A DNA stretch of 51,461 bases, the filler included, from Diploschistes diacapsis (taxonomy: Eukaryota), in assembly GCA_023645945.1 (NCBI GenBank). It is 3 parts of 3 records of this genome, joined end to end, with 100 filler letters (N's around TTAATTAATTAA, not from the genome) between each part and the next. Parts side by side here need not be neighbours in the genome. Positions count along the whole stretch, not along the records: positions 17,196 to 34,280 come from JALAIB010000471.1; positions 34,381 to 51,461 come from JALAIB010000472.1; 1 more part is not named here. One strand, 5' to 3'. The notes under the pieces were generated by a model. That model did not search any database. It had not been told where the DNA came from and saw nothing but the letters and a program-made list of their open reading frames with translations. Both the position numbers and the translations under genes were made by a program. This document shows, piece by piece, positions 25,036 to 35,601 of the stretch; the first letter of the stretch is position 1; each line of letters starts with the position of its first letter.

Positions 25036-26595
25036 ATGGAGCGTTCAAACTCAGGCCCTGAAGCGGTGGATCCAGTATCAGTAAAAAGCAACCAAGACTC
25101 GGCATGGGGTGGAGATATGCCAATCGTTCAAGGATCGTCACAATCCGAACAACCAAATGAGGGCAGCAGCATTACTCTGGGGCCTGGAAACCCATCATTG
25201 AATACCATTACCTCAAGCCCCGTACCAAAGGCTGCATCCACAGCCAAGCAAGATCCTCAGTCTGCAGCTTCTGCTGAACCTACTAAGCCTCCCCAAAAGT
25301 CTACCACCTTACCCAACAATGAAAGCAGCACGGCCTCATCTACCGGTACCATTGCACCCTTATCGACCTTTGAAAAGACCATTTTGGGACTTCCTTCTGC
25401 TTGGAAGGGACCCTTTTCTGGTTGGGCGAAGCTTGGGTCTGCTTTCACAAAAGATTTGACGAATCCCGCCGGCCAGCTCAAATCCTTCGCAGGTGGAGTC
25501 CCTCCTCCCGGCGTGCCACCCTGCAATTCAAGCAAACTTGCATGAGAGAAAGATCGGCTGCTGGACAATCCTGCTTTTTGCCTTCAGAGTCGCGAAGTCA
25601 GGAGTATTGACTCTTCCGGTTCCCCTGGAGGCGAGCCCGTCGCTTTCTCAAGCAGAATACCAAAAGAGAGCTTGAATTTCAGTTTCTCTGCTCCCTTTCA
25701 TCAGAGTCGCCAGTTAAGCAATATTGGCCCCTCTAGTCTCCGGCCTTTACCTGGAAGCGAGCCCTCCGCCTTTTCAAGTACGTCGCCGAAAGAGAGCTTG
25801 CCTTTTTCTGCTCCAGCATCGGCGCTATGTCGGTGGGAACCTGGTCCAACAACCTTGGACTGTCACCATTTCTGCCCCTATGTCATTGGGGAAGCTTTCC
25901 AATCCATAAGCGCCAAGGAAGGCTTCTTAGGGTATTCCTTCGAGGAGCTCAGATTTGCCGACTACCAAGCGAACCCAGCTCTTGGGGCAGTCCCGGAGGA
26001 GGCCAATGGCCTGCAAAGGGATTGCTCCGCGGCTAGAGGGGAGATCACATGGTATCGTTGCAAGCCTGCCTTTGTTCGTGCATCTCCATTAGGCGACTCT
26101 TTTGGATTTGGCGTGAGCGACCGTGCTTTGCTGGAGTCTCTCCAATCGCTCGCAGCTCACATCGATAATTACGTGTCCAACGAACCATTCACGATCTTTT
26201 ATAGCATGGAGAGGGAAAGCACTTTGGCCGACAAGGTTCATGCGTCACAACTGGCTCTGGACAGAGTCTTACGGAAGGCGGCCGACAGGCTCTGCGATCC
26301 ACAGCTGGAGATCGAGCTCGCACGGACTGCGCTGGACTACTACAGCAACTTCTTGAGCACTTGGGCCGTTTCGAAAAACTTCTGGACCCGCCACTACGAC
26401 TCGCTCACCGACACCCTCATAGCCCAGGAACCCGCGGATATCTCCGAAATATGCCGCATTCGTATGGAACTGGATGAGTGGGAAGGGGGTCACTTGAACA
26501 AATTGGAGGATGAGTTGAAGAAGAAGAAGGAGGGTTTCCAGCTTGCAACGGCAGCTTTACAACGCGGAAATGCTGCCAATCCGCCCGCGCAATAA
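25036..26595 (+). CDS. Uncharacterised paralogue of 20735-22311 with a GLEBS-like motif; one in-frame TGA at 25543-25545 (possible pseudogene or recoding)
   Basis: ORFs 25036-25545 and 25672-26595 share a frame with an open interval between them, giving 520 codons with one internal stop; contains FQSISAKEGFLGYSFEELRFADYQAN and the shared C-terminal domain. Confidence 0.7.
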
Positions 26596-29071
26596 TCTAG
26601 GTCGCACTATGGGGCTGCGCTCCTTGGCGTGAACCAGGCCTAATAAGCGCGGAGCCCGGTATTCGGGTCTCGCAGCGAAACGACGAGTGGTAGCACGAAG
26701 AGTATCCGAAGTAATTGAGTACATCCGGCGACAGCTGGGACAGAGAGATGTGATGGGTGAAGCCCAGGAAGAGTCTTTCGACGTGGGTATTTCGATAAGC
26801 CCGATTCGAAGCTGCCGCTAGTGAAGATGGAAAAGGTATTGAGGGCAGAGACGATGCTGGGACTGGAGAGCATAACGCTCTGTTTATTCGATCAACGGTG
26901 GACGAACTCGCGGAGGAGGTGTTTTACGGAGATGCAGGATGATGGGAGAGATCGGACTTTGTACATGGGTGGGAAATGCCATGCGGATAGTGCCGAATTT
27001 TAAACTCCAAGTTCCCCACCCAAGGGATTAGTCGAGCGGGGGAACTGCAGTGGTATAAGCCGAACTGAAGTGCTTGCCTTCCCAAACCGATATTTCATGT
27101 AATCAAAACAATTTGGTCATAAATCTTATTACGAGACAATGTATGTAGCCAGAAAGCTACCCACGAAATCATGAAGTGTTTCCACTTAAGGCAATTTCCA
27201 CATTGTTTTTACAAGATGTAAGATGTGCGGGAACTCTGGACGGAGCGGAAGAACCAATAACCGATGGCCCCAATTTTATTTATGCGTATCTGCGAGAAGA
27301 CGCTGTAAGATGGGAACCACACTTCCCCGATCATCATCATCATCATCCTTTCCGGTAGACTTCCGGTTGTCAAAAGTTTTGTTGTGTCTGGTATTTAAAA
27401 AAACAGTTCATTTCTTCCGTTCCCCACTCAAAGACGTCCCCGCAAGCCCATAGGGTACCCGAGTGTTCACCGAAACCGTATTCTCAATATATGCGAATAT
27501 GAGATGGGATGCCCTACCCCTACCCTTGCTAGTGGATAAGATATAATCATCTTTTCTGCGGCTCTGCCACGGTTTCACACGATTCACGGAAAAAGCCTTG
27601 ACCAACCCGAAACTTCCGGATCTACGGGATTTAGATTAACTTCAATGGACTGGTGGGGGGGCTGGCCCGAGGGGAGGATGGAATTTGTTTGTGGTGGCGA
27701 CAGTGGGTAATCAACTCCACCAAGGAAACGAAAGTGGTTCAAAGACGAGACACAGCGGTAGCTAGCTCTTTGGGCGAAATTATCGTCCCATGTCGCTCAT
27801 CTTGAGTCTTTTTCAATTGGACCCTCGCTCGCACAAAACCGTGGTGGGGGTTTATCATCGTGGAATTCCGATAGCCTAGTAGTACAAAAGAAGTGTTGGC
27901 CCGGTGACGTGGCGCCCGTGGGTGTGTGTCCCTTTGATCTCACTATCTCATTTTGAGTGCCGTTCCTGCAGGTGGCCTATCGCTCGCTAGACTGCGTTCG
28001 ACCAGATACAGCCATGCTGCAGCTTGAACGGGAAAGGTGCGTGGCTGTTGGTCACGTTCGAGCGGTGATGATGTCGTCAGCGAGACGAGACAACTTCAAG
28101 GTTAAATTGAAGGCAATCAATCCCACCCGTTTGCTTGTTTGTTTGTCGCCCAAGGTCCTCCCCCCTCAGTTGTTTGGGTTGGGGGGCGGGGTTAACGGGG
28201 CAAGCAACAAACGCTCTTCTTCCCACGCAGGCCCATGTTCAAGTCTCCACCTTAGGAACCAGAGAATTTACAAACGGTCCAAAACTGCTGTAATGACTTG
28301 CTGAAGTACACAGAATGATGTTCACTACATACAAGCCCCTGGCATCATCCAGAGCAGAATGTTTGATGTGATGTGATGAGAGGGGGATGAGAGGGGGGTG
28401 AGAGGGAGCAAACGACGCGTCGTCGGCGCAGCGTGAAACATGGCCAGCCGGGACATGATTGGACCGAGGATGTAACAGGCCAATAGCACTCCATATCACG
28501 CTCTTAGGTCAGCGCTATGAAAACGCCCCCAAGCCCCTGAAGGGAAATCAAATCATTTCGTTTAAATGATTTCCCACCCAACAAAACAAACTGACTACAC
28601 ACTAACTAACTACCTGCTGGAAAAAGTGCACGAATGTTAGAAATGTACCCAACCCCCCCCTGCATGTAGAGCCCCAACTAGTGCGTGCCCAATATATTTT
28701 GTCCCCCCCCTAATCAACCAAAACCCTCTTCTACTTCTTTCTTATTTCTTCCCTACACGCTCTCTCTTCCTGCTTGCTTGCTTGCTTTGCTTGTGTTCGT
28801 TGTGAGTTGTCCAGTACATACCTTTTTTGCTTCTCTGCAAAGTCACTCTTTGATAGAGCAGTCGCTCGTTACATTCGTTCCCATCAGCAAGAGACTCGAT
28901 TTCTTCAGACCCCCCACCAAACAAAGCCACTCCTTTTTGCTCCTTCCGGCTGGTCCTCGAAACGAAACGAAACGCACAAGGGAAAAGAGAGATCTTTACT
29001 CATTCAAATACATCTCACAAAAACAAAAGTCTTCGGGCCTTATTGTACAGAGCTCTCTTACAATCATCACC

Positions 29072-30673
29072 ATGGTCAACTTCTCGGGCAGCGTCCTGTA
29101 CGCTCTCCTCGCAACCGCCGCCTCGGCCGAGCTCCGCCACGACCGTCGTCACCACCAACACAGGCGTAAGGCTCCGTGCACCACTGGCACTCTGGTCGGC
29201 GCTTCTTCCACTGCTCCGTATGCCATGAGCAACTCGACCACGATTGTCGGCCCCACCGGCACCGGCAACATCGGAACGACGACTGTCTCGGCCACCTCCA
29301 CCATGCTCTCAACCGTGACCGTTGTGCCACTTCCAGTCTCTTCCGGAGCTGGTTCCTCTCCCTCTTCAAGCGCAGCTGCCGGCGGTGGAAGCCCTGGTTC
29401 AGCCCCTGGCTCTTCTCCCTCGTCGAGCGCAGCCGCTGGCGCTGGAGTCCCGGGTAGCGGTGCAAGCGGCAGCGGCCAATGTGCTCCCGCCACCGTGACC
29501 GTTACTGCCCAGAACACGGTTACCGTCACCGCAGGTGCTGGCGGGGCCCCCGGGAGTCCTTCAAGCAGCCCTGCCGCCGCTTCCTCTCCAATCGCACCCA
29601 GCTCTGTGGCAGTCACCTCTTCGGCAGCTGCTGGCTCTGGCTCCCCCAAACCGCTGTCACCTTCGTCACACTCTTCGTGCGCACACCCTGTGTCTCGGGC
29701 ACACTCGTCGTCTGCCCAGGCTTCTTCTTCGGCTGCCGCCTCGGCCGCATCTTCATGGTCTGCTCAGGCCTCTTCGGCTGCTACCTCGGCTGCATCTTCA
29801 GCTGCCGCCGTCTCCACCGCTCAGTCTTCTGCTCCTGTTCAGCAGGCGGCAACCTCGACCTCGGCATCGAGCACCCCAACCAGCGCCGCCGCTGCTCCGC
29901 CAGCCGGTGGCAAGTGTGGTCTCGCCTACACTTCATCAGACCAGGTCGGCTCGTCCTCTCCATTCAACAGCGGTAACACGCCCTGGGGATACAACTGGTA
30001 CTACGAATCCATGGGTCTTCCCGAGGGTGTTGAATTCGTTCCATCTCTCCAGAAGCCAGAGTGGACCTCCAGCCTTGTTGCTGCTCTGCCCCAAGCTACC
30101 GGCGTCAAGTATATCAAGAGTATCAACGAGCCTGACATGTCTACCGGTTCCGGCGGAACTGCCATTTCCCCTGGTGATGCCGTCCAGCTCTACACTGGCA
30201 CTCTTAATGCCCTATCCAGCCAATACAAGATTGGTGCTCCCGCCGTCACCAGCTACAACACTACTTCCGGTCTCGCCGGCTTCGCCTCTGGCATTACATG
30301 GCTCCAGCAATTCCACGACGCTTGTGCCGGCAACTGCAACATTGGCTGGGTCGACCTCCACTGGTATGCCGACGGTCAGAACGGTGAGGCCGGCAACGCG
30401 CAAAAGCAGGCCAGCGACTTCCTCACCTACGTCGAGCAGGCTACCGCCGACGCTCAGGCTCTTTACGGTAGCGACATTGAGATCTGGATCACGGAGTTCA
30501 GCGCCTACCCGACTGCCGACACGGATCCTCAGATCAACGTCGACTTCTTGAAGGCCGTTCTACCCACGCTCGACAGCTCTGCCGTCACCCGCTACTCCTA
30601 CTTCATGGCCGAGTACCTTGAGTCTGGTTCGTCGTTGACCAGCGTCGGCTCCGCGCTCTTCTCCTCCTCCTGA
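29072..30673 (+). CDS. Secreted GH128 beta-1,3-glucanase-like protein (Asl1 / Glyco_hydro_cc) with long Ser/Thr/Ala/Pro linker
   Basis: Signal peptide MVNFSGSVLYALLATAASA; GKCGLAY, WGYNW, INEPD, LHWY, IWITEF, RYSYF motifs; upstream in-frame extension is UTR-like. Confidence 0.88.
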   Translation: MVNFSGSVLYALLATAASAELRHDRRHHQHRRKAPCTTGTLVGASSTAPYAMSNSTTIVGPTGTGNIGTTTVSATSTMLSTVTVVPLPVSSGAGSSPSSSAAAGGGSPGSAPGSSPSSSAAAGAGVPGSGASGSGQCAPATVTVTAQNTVTVTAGAGGAPGSPSSSPAAASSPIAPSSVAVTSSAAAGSGSPKPLSPSSHSSCAHPVSRAHSSSAQASSSAAASAASSWSAQASSAATSAASSAAAVSTAQSSAPVQQAATSTSASSTPTSAAAAPPAGGKCGLAYTSSDQVGSSSPFNSGNTPWGYNWYYESMGLPEGVEFVPSLQKPEWTSSLVAALPQATGVKYIKSINEPDMSTGSGGTAISPGDAVQLYTGTLNALSSQYKIGAPAVTSYNTTSGLAGFASGITWLQQFHDACAGNCNIGWVDLHWYADGQNGEAGNAQKQASDFLTYVEQATADAQALYGSDIEIWITEFSAYPTADTDPQINVDFLKAVLPTLDSSAVTRYSYFMAEYLESGSSLTSVGSALFSSS

Positions 30674-31689
30674 GTGGGACCTGATCACTCGAGGAAATCG
30701 CTATTGTGTTGTTTTTGTATTGTACATGATGTTAATCTTCGTCGGGCTATACCTGGAACTCTGGTATAGCTTGGAGCCTGTTTCGCATGTGAGTTGGAAA
30801 GCACAGACTTCTTTAGGGATAGGTTTTGCATGAGACGTGTTGGATATAGAAGGCAGACGGCTACGTATGATTGTACAATTAGCGTGCTAGTCATCTATCC
30901 GCTTTGAATATAAAGTTGTTACCCTTGCATAATGCTCCATATTGTGTATGATACGGGCGATCTTTTGTTTCATACCGAAGAAGAAGCGAGAAGCGCGAAC
31001 CACGTACAGCACAGCGCGTAGTATTTTTGCATCGGGCCTTGCGGAGTGATATTCTTCTTCACGTCAAGCAGTAATAGGTGGGCTTGCCTAGCCTAACTAA
31101 CACAGGTATTCTCTGGACTTCTTCTCGATGGAAGCTCCAGACGTACAACAATACAATGAGGGATCCACTAAATCCGATGGGCATCATCACTGCGCTGGCA
31201 CCGGGGGCAACGGTTGGGTGGATAGTGACGGGCCGCCACAGTAGCGTTAGGTCACTGCAGCCCCAGCCCCAGTGCTTGGCACGGGCAATCCCAGCCTCTC
31301 CCAACCTCACCCGTAGCCACCTCTATTCTGTATAGCATCATGGTTTTTGCTATACTACCAGCCTTCTGTAAAACGTCAAATCACGGCCCCTAGAAGGATA
31401 CGAGGCTCCATAGCTCAGAGAATAGAAAAGCGGTAACACGGTAGCGGATTCCTAAGTTTGCTTCCTCCCTCTTCCCATATCATCAATCTATCCGTGTGTG
31501 CTTGTGCTTGTGTTATCGCTCAGCATTGCGAGTAACTACACTTGATACTGTAGACAATACCATCATTCCACTCATATATCGCCCTTTGACTCATCCAACC
31601 GGTCTTTCATCTCTTTCGTGCTTCTTTGGAAGCACAACATTCCGCTACCTCTTTCCACCCTCCCCCCCCTACCTATCATCCCGTCCATC

Positions 31690-33626
31690 ATGATTCCTCG
31701 GTCACTGCCAGTTTGGCTTCTCGCCGCTGCAACATCGTTACAACCTGCATTTGCTCAGACGTCCACCAAGTGCAACCCGCTGCAACAAACTTGCCCGGCA
31801 GATCCAGCTTTGGGCACATCCACCACAATCGACTTTACGGCCGGCTCGTCCAGCCAGTTCAGCGAAAGCGGCAGTCCCCATCCCAGCTACAACTCGAACG
31901 GCGTCAATCTCGTCGTCGCCGAGTCTGGCAATTCGCCGACGTTGACGTCAGACTTCTACATGATGTTTGGGAACGTCCAAGTCACGATGAAGGCTGCTTC
32001 TGGAGTCGGTATAGTCAGCTCGATGGTGCTACAGTCGGACGACCTAGACGAAATCGATCTCGAGTGGCTTGGGGCAGACGGGAACCAAGTTCAGAGCAAC
32101 TACTTTGGCAAAGGCCAAACAACATCCTACAACCGAGGTGCCTTCCATAACAACCCTGGAAACCAAGACAGCTACCACACCTACACTGTGGACTGGACAT
32201 CGGAGCAAACCGTCTGGCAGATCGACGGCACAACCGTGCGAGCTCTCACACCCGCCTCGGCAGAAGCAGGCCAATACCCACAAACACCCATGCAGCTCAA
32301 GCTCGGTATCTGGAGCGGCGGCGACCCATCGAACCCACCCGGAACAATCCGTGCGTTCCTAGCATATCTCCCCCCCACTTTCCCTTAACATTGCTAACAA
32401 AACCGCAGAATGGGCCGGCGGCCAAACCCAATACAATCAAGGCCCCTTCACCATGTACGTCCAGTCCGTCAAGGCGACCGACTACAGCACCGGCACGCAA
32501 TACACCTACTCCGACAGCACGGGGAGCTGGCAGTCCATCCGCAGCACCGGCGGCACCGTCAACAGCGGCGGCAACACCGCCGCCTCCTCCGCCGCGGCCG
32601 CCGCGCCCTCTGTCACCGAGGTCTCCTCCGGCGCGCCTTCCCCCTTCGGCGGCACCCACCGCGGCTCCTCCTCCACCTTCGTCACGCCCAGCGTCTGGCC
32701 CTGGGTCGCCACCTCGACGCTCGCGACCTCGGTCCAGACGGCCGATCCCAGCGTGCCCTCGGGCTGGACCCTGAGCTCGTCCGGACACCTCGTACCGCTG
32801 AGCGCGGCACCTGTGAGTGAGCATTCCCCTTTTTGCGCCTCTATTTTTCGTGAACCCACCACAAAACCACAGTATATACTGACTCCCACGTGCTCCGCAG
32901 TCCACAGCCCCTCCCTCGCAACCCTCCTCATCCCCTGCGCCCTCACAGCCGCCTTCCTCGCCGGCTCCGGCCGCCTCCTCTTCTTCGCCTGAACCTTCGC
33001 CCTCTCCTGCGGCGGCTAGCGGCTACATCACAACCGTCGTCTACAACCAGCAGGGCTTCCGCACCACCCTCACCGAGCCCGCGGCCTGGACCACGGCCGC
33101 CAAATCTTACAACCAGCAGGGCTTCCCCGTGCATCCCACCGGCGTGGCAATCAACAAGCAGACGGACCCGACGAACGGCGAAAGCAACAAAAGCGACGAA
33201 AACGACGTTGATGACGAAGACGTGAGCCCCCGAGCGCCGCCAAACTCGCAGCTCAGCCCACCCACGGCGGGTGTTTCTTCGACAGCTGCTGCTGCTGCTA
33301 CTGCAACGACTCTGTCCACTGCGGCTTCCGCATCCGCCTCGGGTTCGGGTGCGGGTTCTTCGTCGCCGGCCAATACCGCTACCGCCGTGTCTGGAAGTTC
33401 CCCCTCCTCCTCCTCCTCTTCTTCTTTTTCTTCCTCCGTGACGTCGATCACGACGAGCACGACGATCGCCCCGCCGACGAGCCTGAACGCGACGCCCATG
33501 GCTATCCCGACGGCGATGGGGAGCGGCGCTGCCGCTGCTGCTGCTGGGGCTGGTGGAGCCGCAGCGAGGATGATGGGTGTCGGGGCCGGGTTGGCGGCTG
33601 TCGGGGTCGTGCGGCTGGTGCTTTGA
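31690..33626 (+). CDS. GH16 Crh-family chitin-glucan transglycosylase, GPI-anchored; intron 32351-32408, second intron 32813-32900 (long form, stop 33626) or 32817-32900 (short form, stop 32992)
   Basis: Signal peptide, CNPL...CPADPALG, catalytic DEIDLEW, QSNYFGKG, YPQTPM, GIWSGGD; Ser/Thr-rich stalk and hydrophobic C-terminus. Confidence 0.9.
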
Positions 33627-34076
33627 TCGGGGTGGGGCGGTGTGTGTTCGCTTTGCACCTGGGGGAACTGGGTTTTGGGTTTCCTTGGGAGCGTTCCGAG
33701 CTGTTTGTTTTGACCTGCATTGGCGGATACCGAGGGGCATAGCGAATGGGGAAAACTGGACTTCCAAAAAGGGGAGGGAGGGACATGCGCTATGATCTGG
33801 CATGAGGTATATAGCGCACGGGTTATGACAGATTTATGTTATTTGGTCCAGAAGTATCGACCGGGCGCCGGGAGGGGGATGTCTGGATAGCAAAGCAACT
33901 CACGGGCGCGCGTGAAAAGAGTAGATGGGAAGGGTACTTGCTTGCTTTCGCCATACTATATTATATTATACCGTACATAACATAACGATACATAAATCCC
34001 TACCTCGAAGAAAGCTTTCCCCCAAGTCTCGTTGAAATCGTTTGTCATGATTACATACATACATGTACATGAACGA

Positions 34077-34102
34077 ACACACACACACACACACACACAC
34101 AC
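34077..34102. repeat. (AC)n microsatellite
   Basis: Visible AC run. Confidence 0.95.
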
Positions 34103-34280
34103 AGTGCCCAACACGCGAAAAAGTCCGCCGCTCATGCCCAGCCACAGACCTCTCTCTCTCCCGAACCGTTGGCCCATAATTATATAACCATGGCGCGGGT
34201 CGAACCTGATATATATCGGGAAACGAGCATTTTACCACGCATATTGTTCATCACCCTTCAACCCCCGTTCTCCCCCTCAC

Positions 34281-34380
34281 NNNNNNNNNNNNNNNNNNNN
34301 NNNNNNNNNNNNNNNNNNNNNNNNTTAATTAATTAANNNNNNNNNNNNNNNNNNNNNNNNNNNNNNNNNNNNNNNNNNNN
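34281..34380. other. Assembly spacer with TTAATTAATTAA linker (34325-34336)
   Basis: Same 44N-linker-44N structure as the first spacer. Confidence 0.97.
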
Positions 34381-34837
34381 ACTTTAGAATTAAAGGCCTT
34401 AAACATACCTATAATAAAAAAACTTTATATAATATACGGAAATATATACTTAAATACATTTAAAATATCGATCAGGTCCTTTATGCGATAAAAATAATAA
34501 ATACAATTATTTCAAAAAAGAAATCACAGTAATATATTAAAAAATTAAAGATAGTAAGCTATCTTTATACCCCGGAAGGACGTTCTTTAGAATTAAAGAA
34601 GATCTTAAAGATAATGGATTGGTTTATTTCGAGAGATATCACGTAAGTTAAAGGATTTCTGGGAGTATGTATCTATTATCGTATTTGGATTAAGGATTTT
34701 GCCGTTATCGTTTAGTTTTTATATCAGTTACTAAGAAAGGATCAATCTTTTTTATAAGGTCTTTATTAGTAGTAGGTTATGGATATTTTTAAATTATTAT
34801 TTATTAGTGTTTTTATTTTGAAGTCGTTGGATTATAC
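34381..34837 (+). mobile_element. RIP-mutated Ty3/Gypsy retrotransposon reverse transcriptase/connection fragment
   Basis: Translates KKSQ*YIKKLKIVSYLYTPEGR...KIMDW...VKGFLGVCIYYRIWIKDFAVIV*FLYQLLRKDQ, matching the Gypsy RT thumb pattern (GFLG..YYR..I.DFA...PLY.LLRK); extremely AT/TpA rich. Confidence 0.85.
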
Positions 34838-35295
34838 TGTTACGATCCAAGGTACTAGTCGGTAGTACTTGGCACGCAACAGCTAGTCGGGCATTTCCCA
34901 ACCATTCCTTATATATAGTCCAATTAGGGTGACACGGGTCACGTGATGAGTAGAAGGTCTGAAAGACCATTCTACCCAGTCGTGAGTAAAAAGGAAGAAC
35001 GGTAGTTTTATTTATTTATTTATTTATTTTATTAAAAGAGCCGTTGGCTATATAAGAACGTCGTTATAATTTTTATAAATTCAGGACGTGTTTACTTTTA
35101 TAAATATTCTTAATTATTACTCGGGATCAATTTATATTCGTTACTTTTATTATTTAGAAAGCTTTTTCTCTAGAAACAATCTAAGATCTATAACTGTTCT
35201 ATCTTCTTCTCTTGCTTGCACTCCTCTTTTAAACGAGACCAAACCCACCTTGATCAATACCTCGTGTCTACCTTGTAGAGATAGAGATCATAACA
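34838..35295. mobile_element. Putative LTR (458 bp)
   Basis: Begins TGTTACGATC and ends GATCATAACA (10-bp terminal inverted repeat with one transition mismatch), TG...CA ends; interrupts the RT fragment. Confidence 0.65.
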
Positions 35296-35601
35296 ACATC
35301 GTGTATTTATTAAATATATTAACAAAAAAAATTTTTTGAAGTAAATAATAAAAAAATAAATAAACAAGAGAGGGTTTCCGAAGTACCTGATGCTCCATAT
35401 AAATTTATATGGTGCAGTAAGTACTCCCGGAAAATCCAACACATCTGTAAATTACAGGTGCTCCACAAGGCAGAATAACACTTCCCGATTAACGCGACAG
35501 CGCGCCTGAACGTGTAACCACTTTTCGTACTCCACATTTCACGGCAATAGGATAGAGAAAAACTGTTTTTGTCGACTAGATGCATGAAATCTCTGCGGAG
35601 T

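Noticed and set aside
26640..26980. Possible COQ10/START-like pseudogene on the minus strand (RKTLP...HL...ADV..Y)
   Set aside because: Needs several frameshifts and rests on a few residues; unsupported without a search.
28685..29071. 129-aa N-terminal extension of the GH128 ORF
   Set aside because: Starts at GTG, pyrimidine-rich UTR-like sequence; the signal peptide begins at ATG 29072.
29076..33803. Many long antisense and alternate-frame ORFs over GH128 and Crh
   Set aside because: Expected shadows of GC-rich, codon-biased low-complexity genes (except the Crh dual tail reported above).
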